Shown: positions 1 through 9,639 of the stretch, piece after piece
Numbering within the stretch: position 1 is the stretch's first letter
How the letters are laid out: each line of letters opens with the position of its first letter
Origin: Patescibacteria group bacterium
Lineage (GTDB): Bacteria > Patescibacteriota > Minisyncoccia > Phycocordibacterales > PALSA-1337
NCBI GenBank assembly: GCA_028865095.1
Contig: JAGWLA010000002.1
Location: 49,319 to 113,318, forward strand
Length of the DNA stretch: 64,000 nt
Reading direction: 5' to 3'
Notes under the pieces: model-generated
Databases searched by the model: none
Told to the model about the DNA's origin: nothing
Seen by the model: the letters and a program-made list of their open reading frames with translations, nothing else
Program-made: the position numbers and the translations under genes

Positions 1-165
1 CGCAATCAAGCGACAGGGAAGGTCCCTATAGAGATAGACCATATCGACGGCGATTCGGAGAACAGTAGCGAGAAGAATCTGAGGTTGATATGTCCGAATT
101 GCCATTCTCTGACACTGAATTTCAGGGGCTTGAATATGGGATATGGAAGAAAATGGAGAAAATGA
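1..165 (+). CDS. HNH endonuclease, C-terminal part (5' end lies outside the window)
   Basis: Frame +1 reads RNQATGKVPIEIDHIDGDSENSSEKNLRLICPNCHSLTLNFRGLNMGYGRKWRK*, a typical HNH H-x-D-G...N..NL..LCxxCH motif. Not in the ORF track. Confidence 0.85.
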   Translation, partial: RNQATGKVPIEIDHIDGDSENSSEKNLRLICPNCHSLTLNFRGLNMGYGRKWRK

Positions 166-187
166 CAGCTCTGATCAAGAATGATCT

Positions 188-874
188 CTATTTTCCTGAG
201 CTGTTGCCCGTGCTCGTCGCAGCCGTGCTCGAGGCCATGGTCGCCAGCTCCGGCATAAGCTTCTCCACGTCAGCGAGCGGCTTCAGGCCGTAGACGGGCT
301 TGTTGTGGACGACCAGGGCCGGCAGCCGGTCCTTCACGCCGTATATGCTCTCCAGCGTCTTGACCGCCGAGACGCTCCCGTTATAGTCGAACGAATAGAC
401 GCGCACCTCCGGGTAGTCCTGGCGCAGGGCGGTCAGCACGGCCCCCATGTCGGAGCAGTCGGGGCAGTCGCCGGCGTTCGAATAGAAATAGAGCACGAAG
501 ACGGGCTTCAGGCCGCATTTCTCGGTCATGTTCTGCATCAGGATGAAGTCCTTGATCTCGAGCAGGGCGTATTCCTGCTTGAGGGATATGACCTGGGCGT
601 CGCCGGAGCCGCGGGCGCTCTCGAGGTACGAGACCTGCTCGCCGAGGGTGTCGAGCTCCTGGGAGAGGGAGGAATTGCCGAGGTCGTCGCACGGCGTCTC
701 TTTGAGCAGGTCGAACTGCGTCTCCGACGACAGGATGTTCATGGATATGCTGTCCTGGATGGAGCGGATCTCGCTCACCCGCTGGTTGTCGAAGTAATTG
801 CTGACCAGGGTGATGCCGACGAATATGAGGGCGGTGATGACGAATGCCCAGAGGTATTTGCGGTAAGGGGACAT
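188..874 (-). CDS. Membrane-anchored thioredoxin-fold protein (CxxC)
   Basis: N-terminal TM helix, LYFYS...CPDC motif and a cis-Pro-like LPALVV. Extended -10 TGCTAGTGT 6 nt upstream of ATG. Confidence 0.65.
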   Translation of the reverse strand: MSPYRKYLWAFVITALIFVGITLVSNYFDNQRVSEIRSIQDSISMNILSSETQFDLLKETPCDDLGNSSLSQELDTLGEQVSYLESARGSGDAQVISLKQEYALLEIKDFILMQNMTEKCGLKPVFVLYFYSNAGDCPDCSDMGAVLTALRQDYPEVRVYSFDYNGSVSAVKTLESIYGVKDRLPALVVHNKPVYGLKPLADVEKLMPELATMASSTAATSTGNSSGK

Positions 875-900
875 GAAGAGACACTAGCACATCGTCTCGG

Positions 901-2196
901 TCACCTCCAGCTGCCCACGTTCCGCGTCAATGCGCGGCCCCAGGAGATGGCCACCCAGACGGGGGCGATGAAGCCGTAGAAAATGGTGTAATACGCCATG
1001 TCCCGGGACGGCTTCCATGAGCCGGTGGCCATGCGCTTGCCGAAGAAGAGGAACGCCAGGGCCAGGACGACCAGCGCGAAGGTCAGCAGCCGGACGACCG
1101 TGGTGTCGATGAAGAACGGCTGGAACGACGGCCACTGCCAATGCCACTGCCAGCCCACCAGATACCAGCGGGAAAGGCTGTCCGCCGTGGTGGTGGCCGC
1201 GTCGACCGCGGCATAGCCGGCGAAGAAAAGGACGGTCACCAGCGATATGACGCCCGCCGGCAAGGTGAACGTGCCGATCTGGCCGTGCTTCCGGCTGAAG
1301 AACAGGCGGCGGTAGTCGCGGACGTTGAGCAGGAAGCCCGTCGTCCAGCGCACCCGCTGCTTGACCAGGGCACGCACCGTGGCGGGCGGGGTCGTATAGA
1401 CGTAGGCGTGCTCGGCGTTCTCGATGACGCAGTTGTGGCTGTGGAGGCGCAGAGCCATCTCCAGGTCCTCGGTGTTGTAGGCGCTCTTGAACGGCCCCAC
1501 CTGCTCGAAGACCGACCGGCGGAAGAGCGAGAACGGACCCGGGGTGACGTGGATGGCGTTGAAGACGCTGTACATCTTGCGCAGGAATATGCCGATGTTG
1601 TATTCGGCGTATTGGATATGCTCGAGGACGGTCTGCGGGGCCCGCACCTTGATGGCCGGGGTCACGGCCATGACGCGCGGGTCGGCGAAGAGGGGCGCCA
1701 TGCGGCTCAAAGCTTCGGCGTGGACGAACGAGTCGGCGTCGAGGCAGCCGATGATGTCGCTCCGGCTCTCGGCGATGCCGAGGTTCATGGCCGTATGCTT
1801 GCCGCCGTTCTCCTTGCGGAATATCCTGACCTGCGGGTCGGCCGCGTAGCGCTCGAGATACGACCAGGTGTCGTCGGTCGACCCGTCGTCGACCGCCAGG
1901 ATGGACAGCTTGTCGGCCGGGTAGCGGAGCCGCTTCAAGGACTCGATGGTGCCGACGACCGTGGCCTGCTCGTTGAAGCAGGGCACGATGATGGAGACCG
2001 TGGGCACGCTCTCGGCCTCCTTTCTCCCTTCTCCTATCTCCTTGCTCCTTCCTCCTTGCTCCTTCCTCCTTGCTCCCTTCTCCTTGCTCCTAAAAAGCGC
2101 CTCCCGGTGCTCGAAAAGGGTGATGATCAGGAAGACCTGTATGTAGAGGGAGACGAAGAGGAACGCCTCCATCACGATCGAGAAGACGGGGTTCAC
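901..2196 (-). CDS. GT2 processive glycosyltransferase (PgaC/IcaA/cellulose synthase-like)
   Basis: VPCFNE, DDGSTD, GGK, LDADS (DxD), TED and QRVRW (QxxRW) motifs, with flanking TM helices. Confidence 0.9.
   Translation of the reverse strand: MNPVFSIVMEAFLFVSLYIQVFLIITLFEHREALFRSKEKGARRKEQGGRSKEIGEGRKEAESVPTVSIIVPCFNEQATVVGTIESLKRLRYPADKLSILAVDDGSTDDTWSYLERYAADPQVRIFRKENGGKHTAMNLGIAESRSDIIGCLDADSFVHAEALSRMAPLFADPRVMAVTPAIKVRAPQTVLEHIQYAEYNIGIFLRKMYSVFNAIHVTPGPFSLFRRSVFEQVGPFKSAYNTEDLEMALRLHSHNCVIENAEHAYVYTTPPATVRALVKQRVRWTTGFLLNVRDYRRLFFSRKHGQIGTFTLPAGVISLVTVLFFAGYAAVDAATTTADSLSRWYLVGWQWHWQWPSFQPFFIDTTVVRLLTFALVVLALAFLFFGKRMATGSWKPSRDMAYYTIFYGFIAPVWVAISWGRALTRNVGSWR
2017..2093. repeat. 11 tandem CTCCNNN heptamers inside the GT2 gene
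   Basis: ctccttt ctccctt ctcctat ctccttg ctccttc ctccttg ctccttc ctccttg ctccctt ctccttg ctcctaa; encodes RSKEKGARRKEQGGRSKEIGEGRKE. Confidence 0.9.
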
Positions 2197-2252
2197 CGGC
2201 TCAGTATATGATTTTTCGCCGTTTTTTGCTAGAGTGGGGGCATCGCACCGCC

Positions 2253-3395
2253 ATGGGCAGGAAGATAACCATCACCGATACGACCGAGAAAGAGATGCTG
2301 GCTCTCCTCGAGACGAGGGCCGATTTCAAGAGCCTGCGCATGAAGCGCCTCTTGGCTTTGCCCGACCTGACCAAGAAGGAGCATTCGCCGGTCAAGATCC
2401 TCTTCGACGCCGTCATGCGCCTGCCGCGCTTCAAGGACTTCGACATCGTGGATTTCCCGCGCATCGTCACCGTGGAGCAGGATTTCGACCTCCTGAACAC
2501 GCCCAAGGACCACCCGAGCCGCCGGGAGACCGACACCTATTACGTCACCGACCGGTACGTCCTGCGCACCCAGATGACCGCCTTCTGGTCCTTCTATCTC
2601 AAGGACCCCGAAGTCCTGAAGCGCCTCGAGGCCGAAGGGCAGGTGGCCGCCCTCGCTCCCGGCATCGTCTACCGCAAGGACGAGATCGACCGGCACCACT
2701 TCCCGGCCTTCCATCAGATCGACGGCCTGCTCATATGCAAGAGATCAAAGAGAGCCATCACCCAGGACGACCTCAAAGAGGTCCAGGCCGACCTGGCCAA
2801 GGGCATATTCGGCCCTGACATCCAGTACAAGTTCCTGGATGACGACTTCCCGTACACGGTCCAGAGCCTGGAGATGGACATCATGTTCAACGGCGGCTGG
2901 ATGGAGGTGAACGGCGCCGGCCTGGTCAACCCGGTCGTCCTTCGCAACTTCGGCCTCGACCCGGAGATCTATAACGGCTGGGCCTTCGGCTTCGGCGAGC
3001 GCCTGGCCATGATCAAGATGGGCATCCCCGACATCCGCATCCTCTGGTCCGACGACCCGCGCATCACCAGCCAGTTCAAAGACATCGATTCGAAGTTCAA
3101 GGAGGTCAGCCGGTATCCGGCCATCGTCCGCGACATCTCCTTCGTGGTGGACGCGAGCATGGCCCTCAACAACTATTTCGAGATCGTCCGCGAATGCGCC
3201 GGCGACCTCATCGAGGAAGTGAAGCTGGTCGACGAGTATGAGAACGCCGCGAAGTTCGGCGCAGGGAAGAAGAGCTACACTTTCCGCATCACCTACCGCT
3301 CATTCGAGCGCACTCTGACCAACGAGGAGGTCAACGCCATCCACGAGAAGATCCGGGAGAAGACGGCGAGCGAGCTGAAGGCCGCCGTCCGCTAA
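2253..3395 (+). CDS. pheS: Phenylalanine-tRNA ligase, single-chain (PheS catalytic domain + FDX-ACB anticodon-binding domain)
   Basis: DHPSRRETDTYY, VYRKDEIDRHHFPAFHQIDG (motif 2), GWAFGFGERLAM..IPDIR (motif 3), then the C-terminal RYPAIVRDISF...SYTFRITYRSFERTLTNEEVN of the PheT B8 domain. Confidence 0.9.
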   Translation: MGRKITITDTTEKEMLALLETRADFKSLRMKRLLALPDLTKKEHSPVKILFDAVMRLPRFKDFDIVDFPRIVTVEQDFDLLNTPKDHPSRRETDTYYVTDRYVLRTQMTAFWSFYLKDPEVLKRLEAEGQVAALAPGIVYRKDEIDRHHFPAFHQIDGLLICKRSKRAITQDDLKEVQADLAKGIFGPDIQYKFLDDDFPYTVQSLEMDIMFNGGWMEVNGAGLVNPVVLRNFGLDPEIYNGWAFGFGERLAMIKMGIPDIRILWSDDPRITSQFKDIDSKFKEVSRYPAIVRDISFVVDASMALNNYFEIVRECAGDLIEEVKLVDEYENAAKFGAGKKSYTFRITYRSFERTLTNEEVNAIHEKIREKTASELKAAVR

Positions 3396-3409
3396 GCCAT
3401 CGCATATAT

Positions 3410-4249
3410 ATGGAACCCCACGCACATCATCGAGAGACGGCGCCGGATGCGGCCCCGAAGGAAGCCGGCCGGCCGATCGACCTCGCGGCCCTCAAGCGCC
3501 AAGCCTGGCAGGACACGGTCCATGAGCTCCGGGACCTGGTCTTCTCCAAAGACGCGGCGTACGAAGCCGACGCGGCCGTCAGCCGGAAGATCGACGAGAA
3601 CAGCCGGTTCACGCCGGGCTTCCTGGCCCTTCTGGCAGGCGCGTCGGTGGTCTGCACCCTCGGCCTCCTCATGAACTCGTCCGCCGTCATCATCGGCGGC
3701 ATGATCATATCGCCCATCATGTGGCCGCTCATCAAAGCGGCGTTCGGCGTGTCCTTCGAGAACCTGTCGTACATATGGCGGGCGGCGGCCATCCTCGCCT
3801 TCAGCGTCATCTTGGCCGTGCTGGCGTCGGCGGCGATCACCCTTCTGTCGCCGATCCATGCCCTCGACGCCGAGATACTGGCGCGGACCCACCCGACCTT
3901 CCTCGACATCGTCGTCGCCCTGGTGGCCGGCTTCGTGGCGGCCCTCGGCATGATCAAGCCCCGCATATCGGAGAATCTCGCCGGGGTGGCCATCGCCGTC
4001 TCCCTCATGCCGCCCCTCTGCGTGGCCGGCATCGGCATCGCTTTGGTCAACGGCGCCGTGTCGCTGGCCGGCCTCTATCTGTTCCTGGAGAACGCCGTGG
4101 CCATCATATTCGTCGCCACGCTGGTCTTCGCCTATTATTCGCGGGTCACTAAGCGCATGAGCGTCTGGCGCCGCCGCTCCATCATCGCTTTGGCGATCGT
4201 CCTGGCCATCGTCTCGATCCCCGGCATCGTGTCTCTGTATCACGGGTAG
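3410..4249 (+). CDS. DUF389 / TIGR00341-type membrane protein
   Basis: NSSAVIIGGMIISP, EILARTHPT, GVAIAVSLMPPL motifs and multiple TM helices. Confidence 0.85.
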   Translation: MEPHAHHRETAPDAAPKEAGRPIDLAALKRQAWQDTVHELRDLVFSKDAAYEADAAVSRKIDENSRFTPGFLALLAGASVVCTLGLLMNSSAVIIGGMIISPIMWPLIKAAFGVSFENLSYIWRAAAILAFSVILAVLASAAITLLSPIHALDAEILARTHPTFLDIVVALVAGFVAALGMIKPRISENLAGVAIAVSLMPPLCVAGIGIALVNGAVSLAGLYLFLENAVAIIFVATLVFAYYSRVTKRMSVWRRRSIIALAIVLAIVSIPGIVSLYHG

Positions 4250-4345
4250 GCGCGGAAGCGCATCGCCTGCGGCCTCGTCCGATAGGGGATGGAAAATAAA
4301 ACACCCGTCCAGATCTCTCTGAACGGGCTCGGGTGACGAAGGGCT

Positions 4346-6205
4346 TTACTTTTGAGGGGCTGCAGGCGTCGTATCGGTATCCATGCCTGGTCCCGTCGCG
4401 CGATCGGCAGTCTGCTTGAGAAGCATATTAGCCAGAAGGACATCGACGATCGTGCCGCCGCCTTGGCCATCCCTGGAACCGCTTCCCACTGTGATGCTCG
4501 GTACGATTGGAACCCTGCTGTTGCTCAAAGATTGAGCGACTTGAACGGCGGCATAGTTGCCGGCTTCCATGGATCTGATCTTCAGCTGGATGACGTCCGC
4601 TTCGGCAGTGCCGACAGCTTTGGTCTTCGCCGCCTCAGCTTCGCCGACGGTCTTGACGACCATCGCGTCGGCGGCTGCCTGGACCTTTTTTGCTTCGGCT
4701 AGGCCGCCGGCCTGCTTTATCGCGGCTTGAGCCTGGAAGTCGGCGATCGAGACGCTGCGCTCGGCGTTGACGACAGTGGCCTGCGTCTCTGCCATAGCAG
4801 TGGCTTGTTGGAGATCCTTGCGGGTCTCTTGGGCCAGTCTTTGCGTCTCGAACGTGACTTTCTCCTGTTCAGCCAGCTTCCGGTCCGTCAAGGTCTTCAT
4901 GAGCGATTCCGGCGGGACGATGTCCCCGATCAGGGTATCGACTGCGCCGACGTTGTATTCTTGAAGGGCTGACGAAATGGCGGTCTTCGCTTCTTTTTGG
5001 CGTTCCTGCCGTTTTTTAAGGAAGTCGATGACATCGGAATTCTGAGCCGCATTGCGGAAGTAATTTCCGATTGTCGGCTCCAATACTTGGCTGACCAGAT
5101 TCTCCACGCTGCCGAAGCGGGCGATGACCCTAGGGGCATCGTTCCGCGGTATGTGGATGATCTGGCTCACGTCCAAGTTGAAGGTGAACCCATCCGACGA
5201 ACGGACCTTGATGGTGCACAGATTCGCATCGAGCTTATGTGCCTCGCTCTTGCCGTCTGCCCAATTAAGGACGACGTTAGCCGTCGGCACGCTGACCACG
5301 TTGTGAGTGTAAGGGTTTATCGGATATTTGCCGGGGTCTAAGACCTCGACCCAAACGCCCTTTTGGCCTTTGCTCACCAAGTTCCCATGTTTGAAGCCGT
5401 CGCCGGTCGTGTCGATGCCGGTGGCTCCTACATAAGCGATGACGACGCCTACGTGGGCTATCGGCACCTCGGTCATCGGCTTGATCTCGATCGTGGCGAA
5501 TCGCGGATTGATGTAATACTGGCCGGCCACAAGCACCTGTTCTTGCAGGCCTTTGTAGCCGCCATGCTCGATGAAGGATTCCCCGTCCTGGAATGTATTA
5601 TGCTCGGGGACTTCCTTGCCGGCGATCTCGCCGGTGGGCAGCGGCTTGCCGTCCTGGGTGGTGACGATGCCGATGGCATTGTCACTGATCTGGGTGGTCA
5701 ACGCCGCGCTGACCTCGAAGAATGCGGTATTGATGCGGTAGGTCCCTGGCGGGATGATGGCGATCTGGGGCCCGCGCTCCCCGCCGCCTTCGAGGAACAT
5801 TCGCACGTTTTGGAACGAGTCGCATTTGACCGTCTTGGCCAAGATGCGGCCATTTGCGAGCGGCTTGCCGCCGCGCGCCTCGACCACGCCTATGTGGCCT
5901 TGTTCGATCGAGATGAATTGCTGGAGCTGGATGCTGAATTGCCACGGCCAGAACCAGAAATGCACGCCGGGAGGCAGCGTATCTGCTTGGATGCCCGCTT
6001 CGCCCTTCAAGGCGATGATCTCACCGTCCGGGAGTGTCCGGTTCGCTCCGAATAGGGCGAATTTCTTATTGACGATGCCGATGGCGTTCTTCGGGATGAA
6101 GATGACGCCGAAGATCCGAAGAAGGATCTTGTAACAGAGGATCGCAATGACGATCGCTGCGACCGGGATGCCGATGGCTATAAGACTGCTCAATGATGCT
6201 GTCAT
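4346..6205 (-). CDS. SPFH/flotillin (band 7) family protein
   Basis: N-terminal TM, repeated G-x-Q..L..G.Y.INP units, SPFH core (VRSSDGF..LDVSQIIHIP) and an AEA-rich flotillin coiled coil. Start taken at ATG 6205. Confidence 0.85.
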   Translation of the reverse strand: MTASLSSLIAIGIPVAAIVIAILCYKILLRIFGVIFIPKNAIGIVNKKFALFGANRTLPDGEIIALKGEAGIQADTLPPGVHFWFWPWQFSIQLQQFISIEQGHIGVVEARGGKPLANGRILAKTVKCDSFQNVRMFLEGGGERGPQIAIIPPGTYRINTAFFEVSAALTTQISDNAIGIVTTQDGKPLPTGEIAGKEVPEHNTFQDGESFIEHGGYKGLQEQVLVAGQYYINPRFATIEIKPMTEVPIAHVGVVIAYVGATGIDTTGDGFKHGNLVSKGQKGVWVEVLDPGKYPINPYTHNVVSVPTANVVLNWADGKSEAHKLDANLCTIKVRSSDGFTFNLDVSQIIHIPRNDAPRVIARFGSVENLVSQVLEPTIGNYFRNAAQNSDVIDFLKKRQERQKEAKTAISSALQEYNVGAVDTLIGDIVPPESLMKTLTDRKLAEQEKVTFETQRLAQETRKDLQQATAMAETQATVVNAERSVSIADFQAQAAIKQAGGLAEAKKVQAAADAMVVKTVGEAEAAKTKAVGTAEADVIQLKIRSMEAGNYAAVQVAQSLSNSRVPIVPSITVGSGSRDGQGGGTIVDVLLANMLLKQTADRATGPGMDTDTTPAAPQK

Positions 6206-6415
6206 AGACTGATTTCCTGCGCTTTCTAGTTTTGTTGTTGTCAAGGAACCTGGCTCGAGGCGTCTGCCTCGAAGATGACCTGTTTCCTTGCCTGAATTAA
6301 GAATAACACGATTATTTATCAAGGTCAATATATGTATTGACAATGCTCATACCGCGTGCTAATTTCACATCCAGGTCAGTCAAACAGCAAATGAACATTA
6401 CGAAAGGAATATGCT

Positions 6416-7291
6416 ATGAAAAAACTCTTTAGCTCGCTCTTCTCCGGCTTTAACGATCCGGTCAAAAGCGGCAAGGTCGCCACGGGCGAGCGCCCAGCGA
6501 CGCTCTCGTGCCTCAAAAACCCACCGCCCGCTCACGCCGAGCATCCTCGTCAACGGGACGAAAACCGTGAAGTCCGACCGGAGCCACCCGTCGCTATCCC
6601 GGCTGTGCCGGCGACTGAGAGCCCTTACGAGAAGGGTCTCGACGATTGGTGGGACATACTCGAGAACGAGTCTGCTAGCCATATCGATCACGCCAAGGCG
6701 TTCGAAGAGGTCTTGAAGAGCTCGAATGATCTTGGTGACTTCGGCAGGCTCTATGACGCCGTGGGCTCAAGGGATCCCTTACTCCCAGCGCTGATGAGCA
6801 AGCTCGGCGCTTTCAAAGCTAGCTTCAGCGAATGGGCAGATGCTTACGAGGGCAGAGACCACAGAGATGATTACTCGGATCTTCTTCTCGAACGGTCCAT
6901 GAGCTTGGCGAAGTCTCCTGGTGAATGGCTCTCTCTTTGGGAGAAAGCCGAGAATTCACATGATGAGGACCTTGGGAAGGTCACAGAGGCGCTTGATAAG
7001 CTCGAGTGGACCAAAGAGCAGTGGGGCGAGCTCCGCAGCAGCTCCGACGCGGATTCCGAGCCGGAGACGCTTGCCACCCGCAAGCTGGTGCAATTCTGCG
7101 AGACGGCCCCCGATGTTGTCTCTTTCTACCTCGAATATGTCGAAAATTGGAATGAGAGCAACGAAGCCGACGAAGCGATCTTCAAAAGGCTGTTCTCGCT
7201 CGCGACGCGCCAAGAAGCCCGTATCATCTCCGCGCTTGCTGACGACAATGACGCCTTGCGCGAAGCCGCTGATGAGTTCCTCAAGTCTTGA
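6416..7291 (+). CDS. Hypothetical acidic helical-repeat protein
   Basis: TTGACA-17-TAATTT promoter, AAAGGA SD, Pro-rich linker followed by ~31-aa Trp-periodic repeats, and a downstream terminator. Confidence 0.65.
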   Translation: MKKLFSSLFSGFNDPVKSGKVATGERPATLSCLKNPPPAHAEHPRQRDENREVRPEPPVAIPAVPATESPYEKGLDDWWDILENESASHIDHAKAFEEVLKSSNDLGDFGRLYDAVGSRDPLLPALMSKLGAFKASFSEWADAYEGRDHRDDYSDLLLERSMSLAKSPGEWLSLWEKAENSHDEDLGKVTEALDKLEWTKEQWGELRSSSDADSEPETLATRKLVQFCETAPDVVSFYLEYVENWNESNEADEAIFKRLFSLATRQEARIISALADDNDALREAADEFLKS

Positions 7292-7313
7292 TTCCATCCC
7301 AAAAATCTCTCAA

Positions 7314-7342
7314 ACCCCGTGCAAAAGCGCGGGGTGTTTTTT
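7314..7342 (+). terminator. Intrinsic terminator
   Basis: accccgtgc-aaaa-gcgcggggt followed by a T run. Confidence 0.7.
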
Positions 7343-7431
7343 ATCCGGCAGCCGTCTTATAGAAAGATTCGCTGACACAGATGCGATGAGAACTTCCCAA
7401 CGAGCCTCAAATGCCGTACTGTGTAGCATCC

Positions 7432-8988
7432 ATGGCCAATACCCAGAAATCAGCCAGGCCGGACTTCTCCGGCGACACCATCATCCGTTTCGAGGACGTC
7501 TCATACGAATGGGGCCACAACAAGCCTATCCTCGACGAGGCGTCCTTCAGCGTGCGCCGCGGCACCAAGATCACTCTCATGGGCCAGAACGGCGCGGGCA
7601 AGAGCACGATCTTCGGGCTCATCCTGGGCGAGAATCGGCCCGAGAGCGGCGAGGTCCACGTCACGAAGGGCGCGACCATCGCCACGGCCCGCCAGGTCAT
7701 ACCCCGCGGCCAGATGGAGCTGCCCGTCCGCGAATTCTTCGCCGCATGCTTCAAGGAGAAAGTCTATGACCTGGATCCACGGATCGATTCTGTCCTGGAG
7801 GTGGTGAATCTGCATGCGCATAAGACCGCAGAAGACATAAAAGACAGGGCCCTCAAGAGCTTCTCCGGCGGCCAGCAGGCGCGCCTGCTCCTGGCGAGCG
7901 CCCTCATCCAGGATCCGGACATCCTGCTTCTGGACGAGCCGACGAACAACCTCGACGCCGCCGGCATCGAGCACCTGACGCGCTTCCTGGTCGAGTACCG
8001 GAAGACCTGCCTGGTCATCTCTCACGACGCGGACTTCCTGAACGCCTTCACCCACGGCGTCTTGTATCTGGACGTCCACACCCGCAAAGTCGAGCAATAT
8101 GTGGGCGACTACAAGGACGTGGTGGACCAGATCTCGGCCCGCATCGAGAAGGAGAACATGGCCAACGCCCGCCTGCAGAAGGAGATCGACGCCAAGAAGT
8201 ACCAGGCCGGCGTCTTCGCCCAGAAAGGCGGCGGCATGCGCCTGGTGGCCAAGCGGATGCGCGAGAAAGCAGAGGAGCTGGAGGAGGATATCGTCGAGGT
8301 GAGGAAGGAGGACAAGACGATCAAGGACTTCCGCATCCCGGCCCAGCCGGAGCTGGTCGGCGAGGTGATATCGATCTCGTCATACAGCATGATCAGCCCG
8401 AAGACGCACAAGCCGGTGAATCATGCCTGCCACATCAAGCTGCGCAAGAAGCAGCACCTGCTCATCTCGGGGCCGAACGGCATAGGGAAGTCGACGCTTT
8501 TGGAGCACATTGTGACAGAAGGAGAAAGGAGCGAGGAGAAAGGAGATGCGATGTCCCATGCTCCTTCCTCCATCCTCCTTTCTCCTTCCGTTCGCGTGGG
8601 CTATTACCGCCAGGACTTCTCGATGATGGATTTCAACGACACGGTCTATGAGTCGTTGGACAAGATCGCCAAGGCGAGCCGGATGCCGGTCTCGGAGACG
8701 GAGCTGCGCGCCACGTCGGCGAGCTTCCTGATCGGCGCCGACGCCATCCATACCCGCATCGGCTCGCTGTCGGAAGGGCAGAAGGGCCTCGTCGCCTTCG
8801 CCCGCCTGGTCTTGCAGAAGCCCGGCCTCCTCATCCTCGACGAGCCCACCAACCACATCAATTTCCGCCACCTGCCCGTCATCGCCCGCGCCCTCGACGC
8901 CTATGAAGGCGCCATGATCCTGGTCTCCCACGTGCCCGAGTTCGTGAAGCAGATTCGCATAGATGAGGTGCTGGAGATGGGGAAATAA
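7432..8988 (+). CDS. ABC-F family ATPase (ribosome-associated)
   Basis: Two NBDs (GQNGAGKST/FSGGQ/LLLDEPTNNLD and GPNGIGKST/LSEGQ/LILDEPTNHIN), an inter-domain linker and no TM segments. Confidence 0.92.
   Translation: MANTQKSARPDFSGDTIIRFEDVSYEWGHNKPILDEASFSVRRGTKITLMGQNGAGKSTIFGLILGENRPESGEVHVTKGATIATARQVIPRGQMELPVREFFAACFKEKVYDLDPRIDSVLEVVNLHAHKTAEDIKDRALKSFSGGQQARLLLASALIQDPDILLLDEPTNNLDAAGIEHLTRFLVEYRKTCLVISHDADFLNAFTHGVLYLDVHTRKVEQYVGDYKDVVDQISARIEKENMANARLQKEIDAKKYQAGVFAQKGGGMRLVAKRMREKAEELEEDIVEVRKEDKTIKDFRIPAQPELVGEVISISSYSMISPKTHKPVNHACHIKLRKKQHLLISGPNGIGKSTLLEHIVTEGERSEEKGDAMSHAPSSILLSPSVRVGYYRQDFSMMDFNDTVYESLDKIAKASRMPVSETELRATSASFLIGADAIHTRIGSLSEGQKGLVAFARLVLQKPGLLILDEPTNHINFRHLPVIARALDAYEGAMILVSHVPEFVKQIRIDEVLEMGK
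8518..8588. repeat. Palindromic heptamer element: 4x NNNGGAG + 15-nt spacer + 4x CTCCNNN, in frame in the ABC-F gene
   Basis: gaaggag aaaggag cgaggag aaaggag atgcgatgtcccatg ctccttc ctccatc ctccttt ctccttc. Confidence 0.85.
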
Positions 8989-9014
8989 AAAAGCGGCCCG
9001 CATTGCGAGCCGCT
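8986..9014. terminator. Hairpin between the convergent ABC-F and GNAT genes
   Basis: A run followed by an agcggcccgc...gcgagccgct inverted repeat. Confidence 0.6.
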
Positions 9015-9019
9015 ATAGT

Positions 9020-9592
9020 TCACCCTTTCCGCCACTTCTCCCAACACTTCAGCCAGTCGCTCCGGAATAGCCCCAGAATGATCTCGTCCCAATACCGGCC
9101 GCCGACGAAATGCTGGCGCCGCAGCCGGCCCTCGACCTTGTAGCCGCAATGCAGGCTGTAGGCCAGGCTGCGGGCATTGAAGGCGATGACCCTGGACATG
9201 ATCTTGCGCAGGTTGAGGGTATTGAAGGCATAGTCGAGGAGGGCCATCTTGGCATCAGTGCCATAGCCCTTGCCCCAATACTGCTTCTCGCCGATCAAGG
9301 CCCCGGTGGTGGCGGTGCGGTCCTTCCAATCGATGCCGTGGATGCCCATACTGCCTATTGGGCGGCCTTTGACCTCTATGATGAGGATGATGTCTTTGTC
9401 GTTCTTCTTGCTTCTGCTCTCCAGCCACTCCCGCTCGGCGCCCATGGTCATGGGGAATATGTTCTTGATGAACACCCTGACCTCCGGATCGTTGATCCAC
9501 TTCTGACAGAGAGGCAGGTCGCTCTCGGAGAGGGGGCGGAGAATGGTCTTCCGACCGCGCAGGAATACGGGCGTTTCAGTTTTCTTTTTCAT
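9020..9592 (-). CDS. GNAT N-acetyltransferase, RimJ/RimL family
   Basis: YWGKGYGTDA acetyl-CoA motif, LNLRKI, FN.RS..., G(Y)KVEGRLR. Confidence 0.9.
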   Translation of the reverse strand: MKKKTETPVFLRGRKTILRPLSESDLPLCQKWINDPEVRVFIKNIFPMTMGAEREWLESRSKKNDKDIILIIEVKGRPIGSMGIHGIDWKDRTATTGALIGEKQYWGKGYGTDAKMALLDYAFNTLNLRKIMSRVIAFNARSLAYSLHCGYKVEGRLRRQHFVGGRYWDEIILGLFRSDWLKCWEKWRKG

Positions 9593-9639
9593 ATGTTTTC
9601 AATGTTCTATTGTTGTTATCTATCCACTGGATGCGGGAC

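Noticed and set aside
2197-2252. T-box leader before pheS
   Set aside because: The spacer is only 56 nt and holds divergent -10 elements, with no T-box sequence.
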